NCBI GenBank assembly: GCA_001273385.1
Contig: LFWW01000001.1
Span: 57-64,056 of the forward strand
Origin: a miscellaneous Crenarchaeota group-6 archaeon AD8-1
GTDB taxonomy: Archaea; Thermoproteota; Bathyarchaeia; Bathyarchaeales; Bathycorpusculaceae
DNA length: 64,000 bases
Direction of reading: 5' to 3'
The notes beneath the pieces are model-generated. The model had not been told where the DNA came from and did no database searches. It saw nothing but the letters and a program-made list of their open reading frames with translations. The translations under genes and the position numbers were made by a program. Shown in pieces: positions 55,753-64,000 of this stretch. Positions within the stretch are counted from its first letter, which is position 1; the number at the start of each line of letters is the position of its first letter.

Positions 55753-56598
55753 ATGACTAGTCAAATTGTATTAAATTTTCCAAAAACTTTAGATAAATTA
55801 TCAGAAATCGAAATCAAACGTAAAGCATGCATAGCAAAAGTGATGACCTATACCTTAAGTAATCTCACTTCACAGTTTGTAAAGAATGGTTTTGAATGGC
55901 TTCTACCTGTAGCCCTTTCTCAATCTACTGATCCTCTATGGCCTGATCCTGGAGCATCTATAGAAAAACGGATTGAAATCGACATCTACGGAAAAACTGT
56001 TCGAACAACTTCTAGTATGATCATTCACAAAATTATAGCTTCATCAATAGCTTATCCAAAATTATTCATATTATCACCAAACATACGAATTGAGAAACCA
56101 GAACGAGCAAAAACTGGAATGCACATATATGAATTTAGTCAATTAGATTTTGAAATAAGAGAAGCATCTTCAAAAGACGTTATGAATTTAGTTGAAAAGA
56201 ATCAAAATTCCGAAAACACCTTTCAAAATTTATGATAAGTGTGAACTAGAATCTAAATATGGAACTACTTGGGAAGAAGAAATTTCAAAAAGAAGCTTTG
56301 ATCCGGTATGGGTAACTAATATTCCTCGCGAATTTTATGACTTTGAAGATTTCGAAACAGGAAAATGGGATAACTACGATCTTTTTCTTCCAAATTACGA
56401 TTACAGAAAATTGAACGAGATAATATAAACAAAGAAAACTACAAATTAATCTTACAACTATCTAAAGAAGGAAAAATTAAACCCACCTCTGGAGGAGGAA
56501 TTGGGTTAGAACGACTAGTTGGTTGGATAAGTGGTGTTCAACATATAGCTGAAACTCAACCATTTCCTCGTATACCTGGTAAGGTTTACGACTTATAG
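55753..56598 (+). pseudogene. Frameshifted class IIb aaRS catalytic-core paralogue without an anticodon-binding domain (AsnA / archaeal asparagine synthetase-like)
   Basis: Three collinear pieces. Frame 1 carries motif 2, PNIRIEKPERAKTGMHIYEFSQLDFE. Frame 2 covers about 56190-56428 (PFKIYDK...DPVWVTNIPREFYDF...YDLFLP). Frame 1 resumes from about 56400 and carries motif 3, GGGIGLERLVGW...PFPRIPG, with a stop at 56596-56598. Confidence 0.65.
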
Positions 56599-56610
56599 GA
56601 ATGAGAAATA

Positions 56611-58491
56611 ATGAATACTTACTTAGAAGCATTAAAAATTAAATTAACCCAAGCTGATTATAAAAAACTATGTGCAATAGAACATCCCAAAGTTCACGAA
56701 TTTATTGCAAAGTCAAGCGACTTATGTCATGCAAAAAGCATATTTATTTGCAGTGATGACCCCAAAGATATTGCTTATATTCGCCAACAAGCCATAACTA
56801 GAGGCGAAGAAACAGATATTTTAAAAATAAAAGGGCACACAGTTCACTTTGATGGTATTAACGATCAAGGTAGAGACAGGAAAGCAACAAAGTATCTTGT
56901 TCCAAGAGATATATCTTTTAGTAAAGCTCTTAACCAAATAGACAGACAAAAAGGCTTAAGTGAAGTAAAAAATCTGTTAATGGATTCAATGAAAGACCGA
57001 ACAATGATTGTTCGATTCATTTCTTTAGGACCTCCAAATTCAGTTTTTACAATCCCTGGCTTGCAATGTACAGACTCTTGGTATGTTGCTCATACTGAAG
57101 ATATTCTTTATAGACCTGGATATCAAGTTTTTTGCAGGACTGAACCAGATACGCAGTTTCTACGAGTTCTTCATTCAGCAGGAAAACTTAGAGAAAACAT
57201 GACAAGTCTTGAAGATGACAAGAAAGCAATTTACATTGATTACATGGATAACACAATATATAGTGTTAATACTCAATATGCAGGAAATTCTGTAGGATTC
57301 AAAAAATTAGCATTCCGATTAGCAATAAGAAGAGCCAATTATGAAGGTTGGTTAGCAGAACATATGATGATTATGGGTGTACATGGTCCGGGAGGGCGGA
57401 AAACATACTTTTCTGGTGCTTTTCCAAGTGCATGTGGAAAGACATCAACTGCGATGCTTCCGGGAGAAACTATTTTGGGCGATGACATTGCTTATATTAG
57501 AGATATTGGTTCAGCTGCTAGAGCTGTTAATGTGGAATCAGGAATTTTTGGAATTATTAAAGATGTAAATTCCAAAGATGATGTATCAATTTTTAATGTT
57601 CTTAATAGTCCAGGAGAAATAGTTTTCTCAAATATTTTAGTTAAGGATGGAAAACCGTATTGGATAGGAATGGGTGAAGAAATTCCAGAAACTGGGATTA
57701 ATTTTTCAGGAGATTGGTTTAAGGGGAAAAAAACCCCTGAAGGAAAAGAAATTCCCTTTGCTCATAAAAATGCTCGATATGCAGTAGCGCTAAAAGCATT
57801 GCAAAATTGTGATTCTGAAATTGATAATCCGCTGGGGGTAGAAATTAGTGGAATTATGTATGGGGGTCGAGATGCAAAAGCCTATGTACCAGTGCAACAA
57901 AGCTTCGATTGGTCCCACGGAATAATCTCCTATGGTGCATCCTTAGAAACTGAGACAACCTTCGCAACAATAGGTAAGGAGGGTGTTCCAGAGATTAACA
58001 TAATGAGTATTCAAGATTTTATTTCTATTCCATTAAGCGAGAACATATGTAACAACCTTGAATTCGGTAAAAGACTCAAGAAAGTTCCCCTTGTTTTTGG
58101 AGTTAACTATTTTCTTGAAGATAAAAATGGCAAATTTCTAAATGCGCCACAGGACAAACATGTGTGGATTAAATGGATGGAACTTCGTGTACATGGAGAA
58201 GCAGGTGCTATTAGATCACCAACAGGTTTTCTCCCAAAATATGTTGATCTTTGTAAACTTTTTAACCGGGTATTGAAAAAAGATTATTCAAAAGAAGAAT
58301 ATGATAAACAATTTATGATTAGGGTTCCAGAAAATCTGGCAAAAATTCAACGAGTTCAAAGATTTTATCAAGAAAATGTTTCAGATACGCCTGTGGAATT
58401 ATTTGAAATCTTAGATAAGCAATGTGATCGATTAATTAAAGCAAAAGAGAAATTTGGAAACTACATTTCTCCAGAAAAATTTGAATGGTAG
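56611..58491 (+). CDS. pckG: Phosphoenolpyruvate carboxykinase (GTP)
   Basis: Kinase-1a P-loop FPSACGKTS, and the length and layout of GTP-PEPCK (626 aa). Confidence 0.95.
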   Translation: MNTYLEALKIKLTQADYKKLCAIEHPKVHEFIAKSSDLCHAKSIFICSDDPKDIAYIRQQAITRGEETDILKIKGHTVHFDGINDQGRDRKATKYLVPRDISFSKALNQIDRQKGLSEVKNLLMDSMKDRTMIVRFISLGPPNSVFTIPGLQCTDSWYVAHTEDILYRPGYQVFCRTEPDTQFLRVLHSAGKLRENMTSLEDDKKAIYIDYMDNTIYSVNTQYAGNSVGFKKLAFRLAIRRANYEGWLAEHMMIMGVHGPGGRKTYFSGAFPSACGKTSTAMLPGETILGDDIAYIRDIGSAARAVNVESGIFGIIKDVNSKDDVSIFNVLNSPGEIVFSNILVKDGKPYWIGMGEEIPETGINFSGDWFKGKKTPEGKEIPFAHKNARYAVALKALQNCDSEIDNPLGVEISGIMYGGRDAKAYVPVQQSFDWSHGIISYGASLETETTFATIGKEGVPEINIMSIQDFISIPLSENICNNLEFGKRLKKVPLVFGVNYFLEDKNGKFLNAPQDKHVWIKWMELRVHGEAGAIRSPTGFLPKYVDLCKLFNRVLKKDYSKEEYDKQFMIRVPENLAKIQRVQRFYQENVSDTPVELFEILDKQCDRLIKAKEKFGNYISPEKFEW

Positions 58492-58650
58492 AATAAGTTA
58501 TTTATTAAATAAACAAAAAACTATAAAAAAACCATATATTTTCTTCGTTCAAATAAATCGATTGGAAGAAATATTGATTACTGATTCATAATCGTTAATA
58601 ATTAACTCTAATTCATGGAGTCTTAAAAGAACCAAGAGAGTGAAAGTTTA

Positions 58651-58887
58651 ATGATGAAAAAAACCGCTATTAATAAAAAAGTTCAACATTCAATAGATCT
58701 GACAAAAATTGATGGAGATGGAGCTTTTCCATGTCCAAATTGTGGAGTTGTTATATCACCTGAGGATGAAACAGAGCAAGTTTACAGAATCATTGATACA
58801 AAAGTTAGAAATGATGAGCTCTTTGAACTTACTATAATGTGTAACAGCTGCAAAACTGAAATGAGATTAACAGGTTTTCAGCAATAG
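58651..58887 (+). CDS. Small zinc-ribbon protein
   Basis: 78 aa with CPNCG and CNSCK pairs. Confidence 0.5.
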   Translation: MMKKTAINKKVQHSIDLTKIDGDGAFPCPNCGVVISPEDETEQVYRIIDTKVRNDELFELTIMCNSCKTEMRLTGFQQ

Positions 58888-58903
58888 TTTTAATTCTCTT
58901 TCT

Positions 58904-59128
58904 TCAAAGATCATTTTCAAGTTTATTGCTTATTACACAAAAAGCAATTCCTAGTAAAGAACCATATATTAAACCATTAATAAGTGCACTTAAAAGAACT
59001 GAATAGGTAGTCAATTCACTTGGGAGTAACATTGTGGATAATAAACTTCCTGGAAATAAAGGGACTGGAATAAGAATAGAAGCTATGGCGAAGATTGAGA
59101 AAAAGGTAATAATTAACAAACCCTTCAA
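58904..59128 (-). CDS. Hypothetical small 2-TM membrane protein
   Basis: 74 aa, hydrophobic. Confidence 0.35.
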   Translation of the reverse strand: MKGLLIITFFSIFAIASILIPVPLFPGSLLSTMLLPSELTTYSVLLSALINGLIYGSLLGIAFCVISNKLENDL

Positions 59129-59365
59129 AAGAATTCCTTCTTTTGTTTTTCAATTAAGCCTGAGAATCAATCCTCTATAAACCTTTTTGTTGATCTGTTT
59201 AACAACAATACAGATCAGGAATTCATATTTATTATTAGCAATTTTGCAAATTTAAAATAACGAAAAAAATTTTTAAGAAAAACGAAAATTTGATCAATAA
59301 TTAATAGGTAAAATCAGATGATAAAAAATTAAAAATAGCTTTTTTATAATTAATAGTTGGTTTCT

Positions 59366-59962
59366 ATGAAGGTTAAAACATTTATTTTTGGATTTTTAGC
59401 TACAAATTGTTATGTAGTAAATTCTGATAAAGATGCCCTTATTATTGATCCAGGATTCGAAAATGATAAAGAATTCGATCAAATTAAAGAATACATTAAT
59501 GAGAATTCTTTGAAAATTAATCTAATTATTAACACTCACGGTCATTCAGATCACATTTCTGGAAATTATGTTTTGCAGAAAAAATACAATTGTCCTATTG
59601 GTATTCATATTAATGATTTACCTCTTCTTGGTAACTTAGCTAAAGATTGGAAAATTCTAACTTTAAATGAGGGTGATTTTCTAAATATTGGCAATGAGGT
59701 TCTTGAAATCATTTTTACACCTGGACATACTAAGGGAGGTATTAGCTTAGTTGGTGAAAAGATTGTTTTTACAGGTGATACTTTGTTTTCTAAAGGAATT
59801 GGTAGAATGGATTTTCCAGGAGGTTCGAAAGAAGATATGCAAAAATCTTTGGTGAAATTGATCGATTTGCCAGAGGATTATGTTGTTTTTTCAGGTCATG
59901 GTGCTTCCTCGACTATTGGAGAGGAGAAAAGGAGTAATCCTTTTTTAATTTCGCTTAAATAA
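59366..59962 (+). CDS. MBL-fold hydrolase, hydroxyacylglutathione hydrolase (glyoxalase II)-like
   Basis: INTHGHSDHISGN, TPGHTKGG, GDTLF, SGHG. The ORF opens at TTG 59357. ATG 59366 (MKVKTFIFG) is preferred. Confidence 0.8.
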   Translation: MKVKTFIFGFLATNCYVVNSDKDALIIDPGFENDKEFDQIKEYINENSLKINLIINTHGHSDHISGNYVLQKKYNCPIGIHINDLPLLGNLAKDWKILTLNEGDFLNIGNEVLEIIFTPGHTKGGISLVGEKIVFTGDTLFSKGIGRMDFPGGSKEDMQKSLVKLIDLPEDYVVFSGHGASSTIGEEKRSNPFLISLK

Positions 59963-60119
59963 TTGATCAATTTTTGGATTTTTTTTCGCTTTTTTGTATT
60001 TGTGTAAAACATGTTTACAATATTGTCTATTGAGACGTAATATTTAATAGACTCTTATTTTTATCATACAATAAGAGGCCGAAAAAGGAAAAAAAGCTTC
60101 AATCTAGGATTGAAAAATA

Positions 60120-61721
60120 TTGAAGAAACTCAAAATTGGTTTTAGTAAAAAAAAGAAAAAGAAACAAAAAGAGATGCATGTTCCCGAAGCCCCCAAAAGC
60201 CCAATTCGCAAGGGACTAAAAATTATCGAGAAATATCCTCTTTATGAGCCCTTTGCACATGTTGTAATCGTTCAAAATCCTAAAACAGGTGAATATAAGT
60301 ATATACTTGATGAACTTCAACTTGATCCGCTTGAACAAGGCATTTATGACCGCATATTAGATATTTTACTAGCTGAAATTGCATCTCCCAAAGAAGAAAT
60401 AAAGGATCCAAGAAAATTTTTTGCAGAAGAAGCCAAAAAAATAGTTGATAAATATCGAATAAGCTTGGGATGGCTTCCAGATGTTTCATGGTATAAAATT
60501 CTCTACCATGCAGAAAGAAATCTTGTTGGTTTCGGAAATATAGATCCACTAATGCGAGATCCAAACATCGAAGATATTTCATGTGACGGAGTGACAAAGC
60601 CTGTTTATGTGTGGCATAGAACCTACGAAAGCATCCAAACAAATCTTGAATTTCCAAATGACGAAGTTCTAGACAATATGGTCGTTAAGCTCGTTCATAT
60701 GGGTGGTAAACATGTTAGTACCGCTTTTCCAATAGTTGATGCTTCTCTTCCAGGCAAGCATAGACTTGCAGTCGCATATAGAAGAGAAATTACACCTTTT
60801 GGAACAGCTTTTACTATAAGAAAATTTAGAGAAGACCCTTACTCAATTATAGATTTGATTAACATAGGTACTTTCTCAGAAGAAATGTCTGCATACTTCT
60901 GGATGTGTCTTGAAAATAGAGCTTCAATTATGGTTTTAGGTGGAACTGCTGCAGGCAAAACTACGGCTTTAAATGCTCTTGCATGTCTTATTAAACCTGG
61001 TAGCAAAATTATTACTATTGAGGAAACAGCTGAACTTAATTTGCCTCATGATAACTGGGTTTCACTTATTGCTCGCCAAAGTTACGGCTTAGGTGGAAGT
61101 GGTATTGGTGAGGTAGCCTTATTCGATCTTGTAAAGACATCAATGAGACATCGTCCAGACATAATGATTGTAGGTGAGGTTAGGGGACAAGAAGCATACG
61201 TACTATTTCAAGCTTTAGCAACCGGCCATGGTGGTATGTGTACTATGCATGCTGAAAACTTGGACTCAGCAGTAAAACGACTTACTTCAAAACCTATGGA
61301 CATTTCCCCTGCGTATATTCCACTTATGAACATTGTTATTCCAATTCAAAGAGTATATCTAACCAAGAAAAATGAGAAAAAAGCTTACAGACGTGTCATT
61401 ACTGTCAACGAGATTCAAGATTTTGAAAAATATAAGACTCCAGGCAAATGGCAACCTTTGCTTGATAATCATTTAATTGATTTTGATAAAAGTTCACTAT
61501 TAGATTCTATAGCCGAGCGTCAAGGAGTAAGCAAAAAAGATTTGATATCAGAAATTAATAAACGCAAAGATGTTCTACATTGGATGCGAGAGCGTAACAT
61601 AAGAAGCTACAGAGATGTTGCAGCTATCATAGCAGAATATTACGCTAGACCCAAACTGACTTATAATAAAATACTTGAAGGGGAGGAGATCCAAGCAATT
61701 GCCGCTTCTAAAAACGCTTGA
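60120..61721 (+). CDS. Archaeal type IV pilus / archaellum-family assembly ATPase (FlaI/ArlI/PilB-like)
   Basis: Walker A GGTAAGKTTALNAL, IITIEETAEL, Walker B IMIVGEVRG, ATGHGGMCTMHA. Alternative start at ATG 60174. Confidence 0.9.
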   Translation: MKKLKIGFSKKKKKKQKEMHVPEAPKSPIRKGLKIIEKYPLYEPFAHVVIVQNPKTGEYKYILDELQLDPLEQGIYDRILDILLAEIASPKEEIKDPRKFFAEEAKKIVDKYRISLGWLPDVSWYKILYHAERNLVGFGNIDPLMRDPNIEDISCDGVTKPVYVWHRTYESIQTNLEFPNDEVLDNMVVKLVHMGGKHVSTAFPIVDASLPGKHRLAVAYRREITPFGTAFTIRKFREDPYSIIDLINIGTFSEEMSAYFWMCLENRASIMVLGGTAAGKTTALNALACLIKPGSKIITIEETAELNLPHDNWVSLIARQSYGLGGSGIGEVALFDLVKTSMRHRPDIMIVGEVRGQEAYVLFQALATGHGGMCTMHAENLDSAVKRLTSKPMDISPAYIPLMNIVIPIQRVYLTKKNEKKAYRRVITVNEIQDFEKYKTPGKWQPLLDNHLIDFDKSSLLDSIAERQGVSKKDLISEINKRKDVLHWMRERNIRSYRDVAAIIAEYYARPKLTYNKILEGEEIQAIAASKNA

Positions 61722-63414
61722 GGGATTATCTTTTCGCCTCTTCGGAGGTATAGCCCCGTTCTTTCTTAAAAACATCTACGAATTCAAGGGTACACTTGAA
61801 AGAGCACGGATAAAGATTTATCCTGAAACTTATGTATCTCTAATGTTTTTAATTGCTTTATTAACTGTACCTGCATCGGTAATCTCAGTAGTTTGTATAT
61901 TGGTATTCGGCTTCATGCCATTGATTTTCTTAATTCCCCTTCCTTTTTACGTAATGGTAGGGTTCTTGTTAGTGCCTATGTCCAAGGCTAGCGATCGAGC
62001 AACAGCTTTGGAGAGAGAAATGCCTTTTGCTTCAGCATATATCACTGTCATGGCATCTGGAGGAATCGCTCCTTACTCAAGTTTTAAAAGATTAGCAGAT
62101 GTCCAATTGATGCCTGCTATGCGAGGAGAAGCAAGAGAAATAATAAAGGATGTAGAAATCTTTGGTAGAGATCCGCTTTCTGCTTTAGAACAAGCTGCAA
62201 GAAAAAATCCATTAGATGTATTCAGAGATTTTCTCTCAGGATATGCTTCCACAGTCATTATTGGCGGAGATATAGGACACTTTCTTGAAAGAAAAGCAGA
62301 AGAGATTTTCAAAACAAGAGCATTGCGAGTAAAAGCTGCTGCAGAACGTATGGGTATGCTATTGGAAACCTTTATTATAGTAATGGTAATGATGTCGCTG
62401 TGCTTCTACATATTGTTCAGTGTGGACTCGATTTACAGTACAGGCGTGTCGGCTTATTCAGGAATAATATTGTACACATACTTGTTTACACCTCTATTGT
62501 CAATAATGTTCATTTATTTGGCTCACAGTATGCAGCCAAAAACTCCGATTACTGAAATGCGCCCTTACAAAGTTTTTGGTATATGCGCGGTAATCGGTGT
62601 TGCTTTGTTGTTAGTGCTGACGAACTTTATGGGTTATGTAAACATACCTGGTATATCATCACTTCAAACAGTAATCGATTTGCCTATTGCTGTAGCTATC
62701 TCATTGTTTGTAGCTACTGCTCCGGCTGCAATAGTTCATCAGAGATTAGCTAAAAAGAAAGCAAGCTTAGAAAGCGGAATGACAAGTTTTCTAAGAGATT
62801 TGACTGAAGTAAGGAAAACAGGTTTATCGCCTGAAAAGTGTATCGAAAGCTTAGCCAGGCGTGACTATGGAGAATTTAGCAAGGAATTACAACAGATAAG
62901 TTCGCAGATTTCTTGGGGAATTCCATTGAAGAAAGTTGTTTTTGATTTTCTCAATAGGACTCGCAGTTGGATGACGCAGATAGTAATGTTTCTGCTGGTT
63001 GAAACCATTGATGTTGGAGGAGGAACAATACCAATGATAGAATCACTTGCTAGATTCAATAATCTTACACAACAAGTAGAGAAAGAAAAGAAAATGACGG
63101 TTCGACCCTATATATTTATGCCCTACTTAGCTGCAATCTTGCTTGTTGCAACAACGACAATGATGCTTGGTTTTACTACAGCTACAACGAATATAGTTCC
63201 AGGTCAAACAACTCAGGATGTAAGTGGTATGACCATGGTTTTCATTACTTCTGTGATCTTTCACAGTTATCTGATAGGAATTGTAGCTGGAAAAATAAGT
63301 GAGGAGTCGGTTTCCGCCGGATTCAAACACGCTGCATTGCTTGTAGTTATTGCCGCCATAGCAGCAAAACTTGTACCAATATTCTTGACACCTGATTGGG
63401 GATTAGCCACATGA
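61675..63414 (+). CDS. FlaJ/ArlJ/TadC-like polytopic membrane platform protein (two T2SS-F domains)
   Basis: 579 aa with two repeated cytoplasmic helical domains separated by TM segments. The true start may be TTG 61699, about 10 nt after GGGAGGAG. Confidence 0.85.
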   Translation: MKGRRSKQLPLLKTLEGLSFRLFGGIAPFFLKNIYEFKGTLERARIKIYPETYVSLMFLIALLTVPASVISVVCILVFGFMPLIFLIPLPFYVMVGFLLVPMSKASDRATALEREMPFASAYITVMASGGIAPYSSFKRLADVQLMPAMRGEAREIIKDVEIFGRDPLSALEQAARKNPLDVFRDFLSGYASTVIIGGDIGHFLERKAEEIFKTRALRVKAAAERMGMLLETFIIVMVMMSLCFYILFSVDSIYSTGVSAYSGIILYTYLFTPLLSIMFIYLAHSMQPKTPITEMRPYKVFGICAVIGVALLLVLTNFMGYVNIPGISSLQTVIDLPIAVAISLFVATAPAAIVHQRLAKKKASLESGMTSFLRDLTEVRKTGLSPEKCIESLARRDYGEFSKELQQISSQISWGIPLKKVVFDFLNRTRSWMTQIVMFLLVETIDVGGGTIPMIESLARFNNLTQQVEKEKKMTVRPYIFMPYLAAILLVATTTMMLGFTTATTNIVPGQTTQDVSGMTMVFITSVIFHSYLIGIVAGKISEESVSAGFKHAALLVVIAAIAAKLVPIFLTPDWGLAT

Positions 63415-64000
63415 AAAAAATAAGCAAAGTCTGCCGCCCACGCATCCTAAAAAACAGGAAGGCGGCAAGCCCAGCGGTTTCGATGGTAATAATAACTGCA
63501 GCGACTGTTGTAATGATCCTAGTGGCCAGCACCTATGCACTTCAGCTCCTGATACAGCAACAAGCTTCATCAGAGTTTAGTACCGTTCAGAAATCATTCT
63601 TATCCTTTGATGATGCTGTGAGAGACATTGCATTCGATAGAGGTGGTTCTCGTTCTGTTCGATTCACTGCTAGTTTTGGACACTTGTTCCTATTAGAAGG
63701 CAATAAAACCTTTGAAATTACCGAGTCATCGCTTGGATACAACCCCGAACCATTCACAACGGCTGTTATTAAGTACAGTATGCCCTACACCCTTTCATCT
63801 CTAAGCGAATCACCGTATATTCTTGGAGATGAGAAAGCTATAGTATCGTCACTAACCGAAAGCGCCTCCCAAGTTTTCGTCAAACAGGAATCAGGGTCGG
63901 CAAATATCTTTCTAAACTACAGAATACGCGTGAATGCCGAGGGAACTTCGCATAAAATGTTAAACTCATCGATTACAGTTAATTACGTTGACATTTTTGT
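63411..64000 (+). CDS. Archaeal type IV pilin-like protein (class III signal peptide), truncated by the window end
   Basis: Not in the ORF track. The ATG overlaps the flaJ-like stop (ATGA). The N-terminus MKKISKVCRPRILKNRKAASPAVSMVIITAATVVMILVAS matches the archaeal pilin N-terminal domain pattern. The frame stays open to 64000. Confidence 0.65.
   Translation, partial: MKKISKVCRPRILKNRKAASPAVSMVIITAATVVMILVASTYALQLLIQQQASSEFSTVQKSFLSFDDAVRDIAFDRGGSRSVRFTASFGHLFLLEGNKTFEITESSLGYNPEPFTTAVIKYSMPYTLSSLSESPYILGDEKAIVSSLTESASQVFVKQESGSANIFLNYRIRVNAEGTSHKMLNSSITVNYVDIF

Noticed and set aside
1-64000. CRISPR arrays, tRNA/rRNA genes, IS elements, integrases, toxin-antitoxin pairs and known defence genes
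   Set aside because: I scanned the spacers and the ORF list by eye. I found no regularly spaced direct repeats, no G+C-rich 70-90-nt cloverleaf-like islands, and no transposase, integrase, nuclease or helicase signatures. A formal tRNAscan, Infernal or CRISPR-finder run is still needed to exclude them.

Overview
This is an AT-rich archaeal chromosomal segment. Hand-counted lines give about 30% G+C in typical CDS and less in spacers. It is densely packed with about 65 protein genes on both strands, many led by Shine-Dalgarno-like GGAGG/AGGTGA boxes and many starting at TTG or GTG.

Archaeal identity rests on TBP, RadA, ribosomal proteins P1 and L15e, RNase P proteins Pop5/Rpp30, a short tRNA-splicing endonuclease, DGGGP synthase, geranylgeranyl reductase, archaeal-type myo-inositol-1-phosphate synthase, an NFACT/Rqc2 homologue and a FlaI/FlaJ-type pilus locus.

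Most of the window is housekeeping: GlyRS, AsnRS, TrmI, a bacterial-type uvrB-uvrA-uvrC operon, GTP-PEPCK, Amt, MgsA and an FKBP. By eye I found no rRNA, tRNA, CRISPR array, transposase, integrase or recognisable defence genes. I cannot point to one clear-cut novel system.

The most interesting items are:
1. An orphan ESCRT-III/Snf7-like protein with a MIM2-like tail (20.0 kb).
2. A KaiC-like ATPase, Amt and a coiled-coil micro-ORF in one unit with no GlnK (21.1-23.3 kb).
3. A prokaryotic pentameric ligand-gated ion channel homologue (23.5-24.4 kb).
4. Five co-directional genes: three membrane proteins, a B12-type radical SAM enzyme and an FNR-like reductase (28.5-32.5 kb).
5. A doubly frameshifted anticodon-domain-less class II aaRS paralogue (AsnA-like) divergent from an Lrp/AsnC regulator (55.1-56.6 kb).
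6. A type IV pilus-like locus with markedly higher G+C than its surroundings (60.1-64.0 kb).
7. A candidate C/D-box sRNA (9.83-9.89 kb).

All functional calls come from motif and architecture recognition by eye. No alignments or profile searches were run. Start codons are often uncertain.
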